Counted from the first letter of the stretch, positions 8,316 through 17,710 are shown. The stretch is 64,000 nucleotides of DNA from an uncultured Candidatus Saccharibacteria bacterium (GCA_964554805.1 CAZKPX010000003.1:12366-76365), one strand, 5' to 3'. Made by a program: numbers and translations. Notes: generated by a model not told the origin, from the sequence alone.

Positions 8316-8645
8316 ATGGCACGTACCTGCGATATTTGTGGCCGATCTCCGCTTGTCGGATATAGCATCAGTCACGCTCACAACAAAACAAAGAAGCGTC
8401 AGGATCCTAATCTACGCACTGTTAAGCTGGTTCATTCTGGAACAAGCAAGATGACTGTGCGGATTTGTGCTGATGACTTGAAGACACTTAAGACTAAGGG
8501 CCTGATTCAGCGTTGGAAGGATATGCCTGAAAACCAGAAAGCAGAAGTTAGCCATGAAGCTCCGGTAAGTGTTAAGCCAAAGAAGTTGACTCCTAAGGCT
8601 AAGAAGGCTAAGGCTGCTAAGAAGGCAGCTGTGGCTAAGGCCTAA
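8316..8645 (+). CDS. rpmB: 50S ribosomal protein L28 with a Lys/Ala-rich C-terminal extension
   Basis: MARTCDICGRSPLVGYSISHAHNKTKKRQDPNLRTVKL matches the L28 signature. Confidence 0.85.
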   Translation: MARTCDICGRSPLVGYSISHAHNKTKKRQDPNLRTVKLVHSGTSKMTVRICADDLKTLKTKGLIQRWKDMPENQKAEVSHEAPVSVKPKKLTPKAKKAKAAKKAAVAKA

Positions 8646-8678
8646 GTCTAAGCGTTTTACGTGGTGAGTTTTTAGAGA

Positions 8679-8712
8679 AACCCTGTCGAGAGATAGGGTT
8701 TTTTGTTGTCTG
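8679..8712 (+). terminator. terminator hairpin after rpmB
   Basis: AAACCCT-loop-AGGGTTT followed by a T-run. Confidence 0.55.
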
Positions 8713-8848
8713 GAATGTTGGGGATGAGGGGAGGTGGGGTTATTTGTATCGGGTCATTGCGAGGATCCGCCAGCTGGCGGAGACGTGGCAATCTAGGGGG
8801 GGGTATGAAGTGCATTTTTGGCTCAAGGTGTGGTGTCACTATATCTGT

Positions 8849-8948
8849 CCTGGATTGCCACTCCGCCAGTCGGCGGATCGCAATGACATTGCAGGGGGCA
8901 TTATTGTTTGTCCTGGATTGCCGCTCCGCCAGTTGGCGGATCGCAATG
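8849..8948. repeat. two tandem copies of a REP-like element CTGGATTGCCRCTCCGCCAGTYGGCGGATCGCAATGAC
   Basis: copies at about 8849-8887 and 8912-8948; a third near-identical copy at 23294-23330; palindromic core TCCGCCAGYTGGCGGA. Confidence 0.7.
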
Positions 8949-9103
8949 ACGGGGGTGATGGCTGAGGTAGAGGATGATCTTCTTTGTTATATTTTGATAT
9001 ACTCATAATTAAATCTTTAAGCGACGAGAACGAGCGACGAGGAAAGCTTTAAGGTATGCTGGTATTTATGAATTGTCGGTCAATTTTTACAACATTGCCG
9101 CAG

Positions 9104-9521
9104 ATGAAGGATAGGGCTTTTGCTGAGAATGAGCGGGCATTTGCTTTGCTGACTGATATTCCAATTACTGCGGGGCACACACTTGTTTGTCCGAAGCGTG
9201 TGGCGGTGACTGACGGTGAGTTGACCAAGGGCGAAGTGCTGGCTATGCACGAGTTGGTCTTGGAGGTAAAGTCTCGACCGCGAGAGGTGTTTGGAGCTAA
9301 GGGTTTTAATTGTGCTTGGTATGAGGGTGATGGCTATGGCCAGTCTGGGCCTCATTTTGCATATACATGTTGTTCCTCGTACTCCAGGCGATGAGGGGAT
9401 TGCTGAGTATGAGCCGCGGAGGTTTTTGTACCGGCCAGGAAGTCGAGAGGATTTGCCTGAAGCTGAATTGGCTGCGATTGTGGCACGATTACGAGTGACG
9501 AGCGATGAGGGCTATCGGTGA
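9104..9521 (+). pseudogene. HIT-family (histidine triad) hydrolase gene with an apparent frameshift
   Basis: the N-terminal part (track ORF 9056..9394, ...FALLTDIPITAGHTLVCPKR...GDGYGQS) and the HIT motif LILHIHVVPR (track ORF 9291..9521) lie in different frames, with a 1-nt shift near 9345-9350. Confidence 0.5.
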
Positions 9522-9564
9522 TTTTGAAGGCGCTAGGATTCTATACTGACACTGGTGGTTGGCG

Positions 9565-9598
9565 GCAGCAGGCAACACTTTCGGAAGTGTTTGAGTTT
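9565..9598 (+). terminator. terminator hairpin (CAACACTTTCGGAAGTGTTTG) followed by a T-run
   Basis: perfect stem followed by AGTTTTTG. Confidence 0.55.
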
Positions 9599-9871
9599 TT
9601 GCTCTGAGACTAGAGTGTCGAGTTTAGTTTAAATCCTAAATCCACCCACCTATCTTTTTTTGTATGTCATTTTTTCATACCACATAAACATGACTTAGTA
9701 TCGCCGTAGGTATGGGCGGGATTTTTTGATTGTTTAGCGCTGCTTGGTCAAGATAAGAGACCAATGTGTGGTATGAAAGAAATGAATACGGGGGTTTATT
9801 TTAAACACAGAAGACAGAAGGTGGGAGGCTGCCTAAATCCTTCCGCTGGCTGGCGGATCCTATAGCTGACG

Positions 9872-10777
9872 TTACCAGGGTTGTTTGAGGGGGAAATCGG
9901 GGTAGCCGTTGAGGAAGTCGGCTAAGAGGGCTGGCTTTTTGCCTTCCATTTGGACCATGCCGTGAGGGAGGAGTTTGACGCGTTTGTTTCGGAAGAGGGT
10001 CCAGGCGCCTGGCCAGGAGTGGTAGGCATAGATGTGACGCTGCCAATTGTCTGGTAAATGCTGGAGATCTAAGCAGCCGTCTTGTTTGGAAATTTGGCGG
10101 ACATAGGTGGCCTGTGAGTTGTCCTGAGGAGTTAGTCGGGTGGTGCTATTTGAATAGTCTACTAGCACTTGATTGATATATTCTGATGCACTTTGAGACA
10201 TTTTGACATATAAAGAATCAGCTGTTTCTTTATCATCGATCACTACTTTATGTTGGCTGATTATGTGACCTTGATCCATGAGATGGTTCATTTTTATAAA
10301 GGTTATACCGGTATAAGTATCTCCATTCAATAAAGCGGCATTGATGGGCGAAGCGCCGCGATATTTGGGCAAGAGCGAGGTGTGAACATTGATGCAGCCC
10401 AGACTGGGCCAATCAAGCAGCCATTGAGGTAGGATATGACCGTAAGCGGCTACGACTACCAGGTCGACTGGCGGGAGACTGGAGACTGGAGACTGGAGAC
10501 TCTGATTTTGGGTGGTGGAAGCGAGGAGAGATGAGGGTGATTTGAGGGAGGTGGGGGTAAAGAGGGGGAGATGATGGTCTTGGGCGTAGCGGGAGACTGG
10601 TGTGGGTGTGGTCTTGAGGCCATGGCCGACTGGTTTGTCTGGTTGACTGACTACCAATTCTACAGAGAACTGTTGATTAATTGAGTTCAAAATTGGCACT
10701 GAGAACTGTGGAGTGCCGAAGAAAGCTATTTTGAGAGGCGGGGCGAGCGACGAGCGACGAGCGACAAGGTGGGGCAT
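9872..10777 (-). CDS. fmt: methionyl-tRNA formyltransferase
   Basis: HTSLLPKYRGASPINAALLNGD motif; located downstream of def; the N-terminus and an internal loop are encoded by heptamer repeats (GCGACRR at 10743-10766; GGAGACT x3 at 10476-10500). Confidence 0.8.
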   Translation of the reverse strand: MPHLVARRSSLAPPLKIAFFGTPQFSVPILNSINQQFSVELVVSQPDKPVGHGLKTTPTPVSRYAQDHHLPLFTPTSLKSPSSLLASTTQNQSLQSPVSSLPPVDLVVVAAYGHILPQWLLDWPSLGCINVHTSLLPKYRGASPINAALLNGDTYTGITFIKMNHLMDQGHIISQHKVVIDDKETADSLYVKMSQSASEYINQVLVDYSNSTTRLTPQDNSQATYVRQISKQDGCLDLQHLPDNWQRHIYAYHSWPGAWTLFRNKRVKLLPHGMVQMEGKKPALLADFLNGYPDFPLKQPW

Positions 10778-10781
10778 TTAT

Positions 10782-11282
10782 CTACTTATTCCTTTTGATT
10801 TTGGAGGGATCCGTGACGTGGTCTAGGAAGAGGACGCCGTTGAGATGGTCGGTTTCGTGGAGGACAATTCTGGCTTCGTAGCCTGAAATATCTCTAGTGA
10901 ATGACTGGCTGTTGAGGTCTTGGGCGTGGAGGCGGATTTTGATGGGGCGAGCTACGGGGGCGGTAAGTCCGGGAATAGACAGGCAGCCTTCGTCCATAGT
11001 CTCGGTAGTGGGGTCTAGCACTGTGATATGTGGATTGATAACGGCCTGTGGGGGGATAGCTGGATATTTTTGACCGGCATCTTCGAAGGCTTCGGCACCG
11101 TAAACGAATATTTGAGCGTCGACATCGATCTGATTGGCGGCTAAACCAACGCCTTCAGCTTGTTGCATGCGAGTCAACATAGCCTGAGCAAGCTCGGCTA
11201 GTTCAGGGGTAAATTCGGTGACAGGTTTTGATTTTTTGCGCAGAGCAGGGTGCGGTAGAGTAACGATTTTTGGTGTTTTCAT
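10782..11282 (-). CDS. def: peptide deformylase
   Basis: EGCLSIPG and HETDHLNG motifs. Confidence 0.85.
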   Translation of the reverse strand: MKTPKIVTLPHPALRKKSKPVTEFTPELAELAQAMLTRMQQAEGVGLAANQIDVDAQIFVYGAEAFEDAGQKYPAIPPQAVINPHITVLDPTTETMDEGCLSIPGLTAPVARPIKIRLHAQDLNSQSFTRDISGYEARIVLHETDHLNGVLFLDHVTDPSKIKRNK

Positions 11283-11498
11283 AACAATTTTGATAAACCT
11301 AGACTACTTTTGGGCTTCGGTTAGGCTTAATTACTTTTTTCAAATTATACCAACAGCGATACGGGCCGATGACCAGGATGGCTAAGATGACAACGATAAG
11401 GCTATCGACAAGAATAAGAAGGAGCGGCAGGGAGGACATTGGGGTAATTATACCGCAACAGCCATCTGTTGTCAGGTGGCTGTTGGGGAGACGGGGGG

Positions 11499-11590
11499 AC
11501 GAGCGACGGGCGACGGGCACTTATTTAAAATATGGGCATAGAATGTTTAATTGTCTTAAATCTTGTCGCTCGTCGCTCGTCCCCCTTGCT
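11499..11590. repeat. inverted pair of GCGACRR heptamer arrays flanking a 50-nt AT-rich spacer
   Basis: GGGGGGACGAGCGACGGGCGACGGGCAC ... CTTGTCGCTCGTCGCTCGTCCCCC; the arms are reverse complements. Confidence 0.7.
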
Positions 11591-11699
11591 CTTTGAGCAA
11601 GGAGTTTGTTCAATGTTTTTGGTGGGGAGTCAAGACTTTAGGTCGAGGCTGAGGTAGTGTATACTGAGATAACTAACAGCGACTGAGGAAACTTTGTGT

Positions 11700-12755
11700 A
11701 TGATTTTGGATCCAATTTGGGGTTTGGTGTCATTTGATATTGGAATAGATTTGGGTACCGCCAACACCTTGGTTTATGTCAAAGGGCGAGGTGTGGTGCA
11801 ACGCCAGCCAACGGTCATTGCGCGGCACAAACGGACCAAAGAGGTGGTGGCCATTGGTAAGGCGGCCAAAGACATGATTGGCAAGGCTCCGGAGTCTATC
11901 CAGACCATTCGACCGGTTGAGGACGGCGTGGTGGCTGATTTTGAGGCGGCCCAGGTGTTGATTAAGGAGTTGATGGATCAAGTTCATGCTCAGGCTGGTC
12001 AGTGGTCAAAAATACCTCGACCGCGGGTAATTATCGGAGTGCCGTCAATTGTGACTGAGGTTGAACGACGGGCTGTCGTGGATGCTACTAAGAAGGCGGG
12101 AGCTCGGCAGGTTTATTTGGTGGATGAGTCAGTCGCTTCGGCCTTGGGTAGCGGATTGTTGAGTGGCGAAGCTACGGGGCGATTGCTGATTGATATTGGC
12201 GGGGGAACGACTGAGATGGCGGTGGTGTCTCTGGACGGGTTGGTTTTGAATAAGTCATTGCCGATTGCCGGTTGGGAGATGGATCAGGCAATAATTCAGA
12301 TGGCTCGGGACAAATTTCAATTGTTGGTTGGCGATCAGACGGCGGAGAGTTTAAAAATGCAAATCGGTCAGGCAAGTAGTCAAGATAAGCCAGGTATGGC
12401 GATGTTGCGAGGGCGGGATTTGATTAGCGGGTTGCCTAAGGCGGTTCGGGTGTCTGGAGATGACATCGAAGTAGCTCTAAAACCCATTTTGGAGCAGCTG
12501 CACATGGCTGTTCATGAGTTGCTGGAAGAGACGCCGCCTGAGTTGGCAGCTGATATTAGCCAGTATGGAGCGACTTTGGCTGGTGGAGGAGCTTTTCTTA
12601 AGGGCTTGGACGTCTATTTTGCTGAGCGATTGGCTATGCCTGTTCAGATCGCTGAGGATCCGTTGAGCAGTGTGGTGCTAGGGACTGCTAAAATGCTAGA
12701 AAACCCTCGCATGTTAAAAACCTTTGCCTTGCCGACTCGCAAGGTGGCGCAGTAA
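11700..12755 (+). CDS. mreB: rod shape-determining protein MreB
   Basis: DLGTANTLVYVKGRGVV at the N-terminus; actin-like ATPase motifs; ribosome-binding site GAGGAA; extended -10 TGTATACT upstream. Confidence 0.9.
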   Translation: MILDPIWGLVSFDIGIDLGTANTLVYVKGRGVVQRQPTVIARHKRTKEVVAIGKAAKDMIGKAPESIQTIRPVEDGVVADFEAAQVLIKELMDQVHAQAGQWSKIPRPRVIIGVPSIVTEVERRAVVDATKKAGARQVYLVDESVASALGSGLLSGEATGRLLIDIGGGTTEMAVVSLDGLVLNKSLPIAGWEMDQAIIQMARDKFQLLVGDQTAESLKMQIGQASSQDKPGMAMLRGRDLISGLPKAVRVSGDDIEVALKPILEQLHMAVHELLEETPPELAADISQYGATLAGGGAFLKGLDVYFAERLAMPVQIAEDPLSSVVLGTAKMLENPRMLKTFALPTRKVAQ

Positions 12756-12767
12756 GATGGAAGGCGC

Positions 12768-13556
12768 ATGAAGCCAACCTATATTGCTATTGTCTTGGGA
12801 ATATTATTGCTGATTATGGTCATTGCCCTGCCTATTGGTCCGGGATGGCTAACCTCGGTGACTTTGCCGGTGCGTAATGGTGTGACTGAGGTATTTGCTT
12901 CGGGCTGGAGATTTGTTCATTGGTTTGGGGATATTGGTGGTTTGTCTGAGGAAAGAGATGAGTTAGCGGGCGAAAGGAATAGGCTATTGTCGAGGGTAGC
13001 TGAGCTGGAGGCTGCAGAGAGGCAAAATGTGGCTTTGCGCCGACAATTAGAAGCCGAGGGGATAGAGATCAAGGGGCGATTGTTAGTGGCTCAGACGGCC
13101 GGAGTTGTCGATCAGGGTGGAGTGAGTCTGATTTTGATAAATAAGGGGTCGGCGGATGGCATTAAAGAAGGGCAGGCCGTGTTGTCTGATGGGGTGTTGG
13201 TGGGGCGAATACGGCGGGTGAGTGAGCGAAGCGCTACGGTGCAGCCTCCACAGTCGCTGGGGAGTATAATTCCAGTAAGTATTCGCTATGGATCTGAAGT
13301 GACCAAGGGTGTGGTAGAAGGTAATTACAATCTGACAACTCAGCTAAACCAGGTGTTGTTGGAAGAAAAACTAGAAGAAGGTTCGATAATTTTGACCTCG
13401 GGAGAGGGTGGTACGTATCCGGCCAACTTGGTAGTAGGCAAAGTGGGGACTGTGCGACGGGAAGCTAGTCAGCTATTTCAATCAGCTGAGGTGGAGCTGT
13501 TGTGGGACATTGGCCAGCTAGAGACGGTTTTTGTGCTGCAAGAGGTTGGTCGATGA
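12768..13556 (+). CDS. mreC: rod shape-determining protein MreC
   Basis: single N-terminal transmembrane segment, coiled coil and C-terminal beta domain; position between mreB and mreD. Confidence 0.75.
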   Translation: MKPTYIAIVLGILLLIMVIALPIGPGWLTSVTLPVRNGVTEVFASGWRFVHWFGDIGGLSEERDELAGERNRLLSRVAELEAAERQNVALRRQLEAEGIEIKGRLLVAQTAGVVDQGGVSLILINKGSADGIKEGQAVLSDGVLVGRIRRVSERSATVQPPQSLGSIIPVSIRYGSEVTKGVVEGNYNLTTQLNQVLLEEKLEEGSIILTSGEGGTYPANLVVGKVGTVRREASQLFQSAEVELLWDIGQLETVFVLQEVGR

Positions 13557-14047
13557 GGCCGGTATTGATAATATTGCTGGTAGTTTTGGTGAGTGCAATA
13601 GAGCAATGGCTAGGCTATTGGCTGCGATGGTGGGGTATACCAATTCCGATAGCGGCAGTGAGCCTGCTGATGGGATGTTTGTGGCTAGAGAGCCGATGGT
13701 GGCCGTGGTTGGGTCTAGCAATTGGATTGACGCAGGATATATTTGGCGTAGGGTATGTGGGGCAAAGCAGCGTGTGGTGGTGGCTGTGGATGAGTGGAGC
13801 TTGGTGGCTGGAGAGTCGTTTACCGAGAGACAGTGGATGGCGGTGGTTGATATTGGTGGGGTGGGTGGCGCTGGCGGTGTTGTTGCAACCGTGGTATGAG
13901 ACTTTGTTGGCTGGGCCTGGTGCTTGGGCTGGTTGGTGGCCTGGCTTGGTGTGGTTGAGCTTGGGGTCAACGATGTTATTTTTGGTGGTTGGATGGCCGT
14001 TGTCTTGGTTGTTGAAGCAGCGGCATACGGATGTGGGGCAGATTTAG
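13553..14047 (+). CDS. mreD: polytopic membrane protein, probable MreD
   Basis: ATGA overlap with the mreC stop; Trp-rich hydrophobic 164-aa protein; position after mreC. Confidence 0.5.
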   Translation: MRPVLIILLVVLVSAIEQWLGYWLRWWGIPIPIAAVSLLMGCLWLESRWWPWLGLAIGLTQDIFGVGYVGQSSVWWWLWMSGAWWLESRLPRDSGWRWLILVGWVALAVLLQPWYETLLAGPGAWAGWWPGLVWLSLGSTMLFLVVGWPLSWLLKQRHTDVGQI

Positions 14048-14123
14048 GGATTTTTAAAATTGGGCAGGCTTGGTTGTTGGCAGGGGTGGGGTGGGGAGGT
14101 TAAACTGTTTTAAGAAGAAGAGT

Positions 14124-14238
14124 CTCGGGGCGTTCGTGCTCGCGCACTTCCGCTCGCGTTGGGCGGACTGACGCCTTAAAATGCGGGGTGGTCCGCCAGC
14201 TGGCGGAGTGCGCGAACTTCCCTGCGGAAGCGCACGAA
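14124..14238. repeat. about 70-nt dispersed repeat (CTCGGGGCGT..GTGCTCRCGCACTTCCGC...GGGCGGACTGRCGCCTTAAAATGCGGGGTGG) followed by a REP core CCGCCAGCTGGCGG and a hairpin
   Basis: second copy at 41272-41345, also immediately after a gene end. Confidence 0.7.
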
Positions 14239-14274
14239 TTTTTATAATGGTATAGAGGGAGCATTGGTTGTTGG

Positions 14275-16236
14275 ATGACTGAATTTGGACCGTCGTTTTT
14301 TGAAACAATTGAGGGGTCGCAGAAATTGCAGCGGAGGCGTAAGTCGGCGGCTGGCCGGCGTTCTTTGGATAAAGCAGATACACCTTCGGCTGAGCACCAC
14401 ATTAGGTGGCAATGGCGGGTGGTGCCATTGGTGTGTGTGGGAGGGTTGTTGTTGCTGAGTTTAATGGGGCGATTGTGGCAATTGCAGGTGATTCAGGGAG
14501 ATCAAGGCAAACAGGCATCGCGGAATAATAGTTTGGCAATTGAACTGATTCCGGCAGCACGAGGCATCATCTATGATCGGAATGGGGTAGTTTTGGCTCG
14601 CAATGAGTCGGCTTTTCGAGTAGCCGTAACGTATGCTCGATTACCCAAAGAAGAAGAGAGTCTACGGGGATTGGTGGATTTGCTGGCTCATCGTTTGAGT
14701 ATGACGTCTGAGGCAATTGTTGAGCGTTTTGAGCAAGCAGGAGCAACGCCGTTTGTGCCGGTTAGTTTGAAGAGTCATATTGACCGCGATACGGAGATAG
14801 GTTTGTTGTCGGTGATTCAAGATTTGCCTGGTATCAGTATTGAGCAGGATATGCGACGTCAGTATCCGTATAAGGAAGCTTTGAGTCATATTTTGGGCTA
14901 TACGGGAAGTATTAGTGAAGATGAGCTGGCCGATCCGCTGATGAGCGACTATTATGCCGGTCAGGATATTGGTAAAGCGGGGCTAGAGAAGGTGTATGAA
15001 CAGGCGTTGCACGGTATCGTTGGCAAGAAGTTTTCTCAAGTAAATGCTCAAGGATTGCCTCAGCAGGCAACTAATGAGCAGCCCTCGGTGGCTGGGCGCA
15101 ATTTGACCTTATCGATTGATGCTGACTTGCAGCGATATGTGTATGAAGAGTTAAGCCGGTCAATGGCTAAATACGGGACTAAAGGAGCCAGTATAGTGCT
15201 GCAAAATCCTAGCACGGGAGAAATTTTGGCTTTGGTTAGCTTGCCGACCTATGATAATAATTTGTTTGCTCGGGGTATCAGCACTAAGGATTATCAGTCA
15301 TTGATGGGCAGAGCGGATAATCCATTGTTTAATCGGGCCATTGCAGGTACCTATCCACCAGGAAGCACTATTAAGCCGTTGATTGGTGGGGCGGCTGTTG
15401 AAGAAGGTGTCATCACGCCAAATAGTTTGGTTTATTCTCCCAATGTTATCTCTATTGGTGGCAGTGATTTTGCTGATTGGACCTATTGGTTGGGCAGGGC
15501 AGGGCCAGGCAATATTAATGTCATTACGGCCATTGCTCAGTCGACTGATACATTTTTTTATAAGGTTAGCGGCGGTTTTGAGAGACAGCGAGGTATGGGT
15601 ATTCAAGCATTGTACAAGTACTACACTGAGGCTGGTTTTGGTAGTTTGACCGGTATTGATTTGCCTGGAGAAGCACGAGGAGTTGTGCCGAATCCGGCTT
15701 GGAAAAAGTCGCAATTCCCCGAAGAGCCGAGCTGGTATCTGGGGAATACCTATCAGCTTTCTATCGGTCAAAGCTACCTGCTGAGTACGCCATTGCAGGT
15801 TAATGTTATGACATCGGCTTTGGCCAATAATGGGATTCTGGTAAAACCTCGTTTGGCAACGGTCATTGAGGAAACTAGCGACGGCAAGAAACAAATAACC
15901 CCATTAGAAGTGACAAATAAGCAGGTGATTGCTCAGGCGGGACTAAAGGTTGGTCAACAGGGAATGAGAGAAGGCGTTAAAAATGGGATTATTTTCCCAT
16001 TGCGCAACAATTCTCTTGAAGTGGCAGCCAAAACTGGTACGGCAGAGTATGGTGTTCGTGGCGATAAAACAGGATATGGTACCCATGCCTGGATTACTGG
16101 TTATGCGCCATACAGTAGTCCAAAGTTGAGTTTTACTATCATGCTGGAGAACGGGGCTACCTCTAATAATACTGCGGAGATGGCTGATGTTATTTTGAAG
16201 TGGATAGAGAAGAATAAGCCGGAGTTGGTGAGATAA
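14275..16236 (+). CDS. mrdA: penicillin-binding protein 2 (peptidoglycan D,D-transpeptidase)
   Basis: STIK (SxxK), SIGQ and KTG motifs; position after mreBCD; -10 TATAAT at 14243. Confidence 0.85.
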   Translation: MTEFGPSFFETIEGSQKLQRRRKSAAGRRSLDKADTPSAEHHIRWQWRVVPLVCVGGLLLLSLMGRLWQLQVIQGDQGKQASRNNSLAIELIPAARGIIYDRNGVVLARNESAFRVAVTYARLPKEEESLRGLVDLLAHRLSMTSEAIVERFEQAGATPFVPVSLKSHIDRDTEIGLLSVIQDLPGISIEQDMRRQYPYKEALSHILGYTGSISEDELADPLMSDYYAGQDIGKAGLEKVYEQALHGIVGKKFSQVNAQGLPQQATNEQPSVAGRNLTLSIDADLQRYVYEELSRSMAKYGTKGASIVLQNPSTGEILALVSLPTYDNNLFARGISTKDYQSLMGRADNPLFNRAIAGTYPPGSTIKPLIGGAAVEEGVITPNSLVYSPNVISIGGSDFADWTYWLGRAGPGNINVITAIAQSTDTFFYKVSGGFERQRGMGIQALYKYYTEAGFGSLTGIDLPGEARGVVPNPAWKKSQFPEEPSWYLGNTYQLSIGQSYLLSTPLQVNVMTSALANNGILVKPRLATVIEETSDGKKQITPLEVTNKQVIAQAGLKVGQQGMREGVKNGIIFPLRNNSLEVAAKTGTAEYGVRGDKTGYGTHAWITGYAPYSSPKLSFTIMLENGATSNNTAEMADVILKWIEKNKPELVR

Positions 16237-16240
16237 TAAC

Positions 16241-16476
16241 TTAAGACTTAAGACTTAAGACTTAAGACTTAAAAGGCAAAAGGCAAAAGGCAAAAGGCAA
16301 AGGGCAAAGGGTAAAAGCAAAGGGCAAAAGGCAAAAGTTAAAGTTATAAATCAAAAGTTATAGAGAAATGTATATAGAGAATGAGATTAAACATTTTTCA
16401 CCTTATATTTTCATTTTTGCCCTTTGCCTTTTGCCCTTTGCTTTTGCCTTTGCTTTTGCTTTTCTTTTGCTTTAAC
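16241..16476. repeat. heptamer-array inverted-repeat element: (TTAAGAC)4-(AAAGGCA/AAGGGCA)n ... AT-rich spacer ... (TGCCTTT/TGCCCTT)n
   Basis: tandem 7-nt units at 16241-16335 and their reverse complement at 16417-16476; the spacer contains TAAATCAAAAGTT, shared with the 30380 copy. Confidence 0.75.
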
Positions 16477-16523
16477 CGAGCTTGCTTGTTGTCATATGGG
16501 GGGATTTGGCTATACTGTGGGGC

Positions 16524-17591
16524 ATGGATGAACGGGTTGAGGAGAGAATTCGGTGGTTGGCTTTGCGAAAAGTTCGAGGTATGGGTTGGAAAAGCCTGTC
16601 GAAAGGCTTGGCTGAGCATGGGTCATCTGAAGTGTTGTGGAACTTTTTACCTCTATCTGATGACGATCGAAAAAAGATTTGGCATGAAGCAGCGGCAGAA
16701 TATGCAGACTTGGAAAATTTTGGTATCGAGTTACTCTTATGTGATGATGTGGCTTATCCTAGCAACCTAAAATGCTTGGATGATAAGCCGCTATTTTTAT
16801 ATAGCAAAGGGCAAATGTGGGCAGGTATAGAGCGGGCAGTGGCGGTGGTGGGTAGCCGGAATATTAGCTCATACGGGAAAGAAGTAACTAGAAGGCTGGT
16901 AGGTCAACTTGTTGCACAGAATTACACTATTGTCAGTGGGATGGCCAAAGGTGTGGATACGGTGGCTCATCAAATGGCTCTGGCCTGTGGCGGTAAAACC
17001 ATAGCGGTGTGGGGTAGTGGCTTGGATACGGTTTACCCCGCTGAGAATACCGCTCTGGCTGAACAAATTTTGGATAAAGGATTGGTTATTTCGCCTTTTG
17101 GGTTGGGTGTGGAGGCTCAATCGTATACTTTTGCTGTGAGAAATTCTGTGATTGCGGGACTGAGTCAGGCGATAGTGATAACAGAGGCCGGATTGAAAAG
17201 TGGGTCATTGTTAACGGCTGAATGGGCCAGAACGTATAGAAGGCCGGTCTTTGCCGTGCCTGGATCTATATTTGGTAAGGGGAGTTGGGGGACGCATAGC
17301 TTGATAAAATTGGGGGCTAACTTGGCCGTTGACGCAGCTGATATAGTAGATAAGCTAGATAATGAATTAGGTTACAATAATTCAATTGTCAACCAATCTA
17401 GTCATGTTATTCCTGTAGATCTGACTGCCAGTCAAACTCAGATTGTTACTTTTCTTCAACAAGAACCACAATCGGTTGATAGTCTTATTCGGCAAAGTCA
17501 GTTGTCAGCAGCTGAGGTGGCAGCATGTTTGATGGAGCTGGAGATACGGGGTGTGGTGAGGCTGGTGGGGGAAGAATGGGTGGCGGGGTGA
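16524..17591 (+). CDS. dprA: DNA processing protein DprA (Smf)
   Basis: the Rossmann-like DprA core (AVVGSRNISSYGKEVTRRL...GMAKGVDTVAHQMALACGGKTIAVWGSGLDTVYPAEN) with a C-terminal winged helix; ATG at 16524 chosen, with TATACT just upstream. Confidence 0.75.
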   Translation: MDERVEERIRWLALRKVRGMGWKSLSKGLAEHGSSEVLWNFLPLSDDDRKKIWHEAAAEYADLENFGIELLLCDDVAYPSNLKCLDDKPLFLYSKGQMWAGIERAVAVVGSRNISSYGKEVTRRLVGQLVAQNYTIVSGMAKGVDTVAHQMALACGGKTIAVWGSGLDTVYPAENTALAEQILDKGLVISPFGLGVEAQSYTFAVRNSVIAGLSQAIVITEAGLKSGSLLTAEWARTYRRPVFAVPGSIFGKGSWGTHSLIKLGANLAVDAADIVDKLDNELGYNNSIVNQSSHVIPVDLTASQTQIVTFLQQEPQSVDSLIRQSQLSAAEVAACLMELEIRGVVRLVGEEWVAG

Positions 17592-17604
17592 GGGTTAGAA
17601 GAGA

Positions 17605-17690
17605 GCAGGAGAAGAGAACAGAGAACAGAGAACAGAGAACAGAGAACAGAGAACAGAGAACAGAGAGAAGAGGGAAGAGAGAAGTTGGAA
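17605..17690. repeat. (AGAGAAC)7 heptamer tandem repeat in the dprA-topA spacer
   Basis: GAGAAGAGAACAGAGAACAGAGAAC... seen directly. Confidence 0.8.
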
Positions 17691-17710
17691 ATAACAAGGA
17701 AAGTGAATTT

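Noticed and set aside
8849-8948. Possible CRISPR array (two near-identical 38-nt repeats with a 25-nt spacer)
   Set aside because: There are only two units. The same element recurs singly at 23294 and belongs to the palindromic REP-like family. No cas genes are present. Palindromic REP elements are not CRISPR repeats.
8703-9008. ORFs 8703..9008 and 8744..8965 spanning the tandem REP-like copies
   Set aside because: They are composed almost entirely of repeat sequence (two 38-nt REP copies), with no ribosome-binding site and odd composition; treated as non-coding repeat DNA.
13518-13970. Overlapping ORFs 13518..13970(-) and 13531..13899(+) inside the mreD region
   Set aside because: The in-operon plus-strand frame encoding a Trp-rich polytopic membrane protein directly coupled to mreC (ATGA overlap) is preferred. 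The others are GC-skew artefacts of the same DNA.
17525-17710. Upstream extension of topA in the track ORF (MFDGAGDTGCGEAGGG...EQRTENREQRTENR)
   Set aside because: The extension overlaps the dprA 3' end and consists of the (AGAGAAC)7 repeat. The canonical TOPRIM start MKNLVIVESPAKAKT, with a ribosome-binding site, is at 17711.
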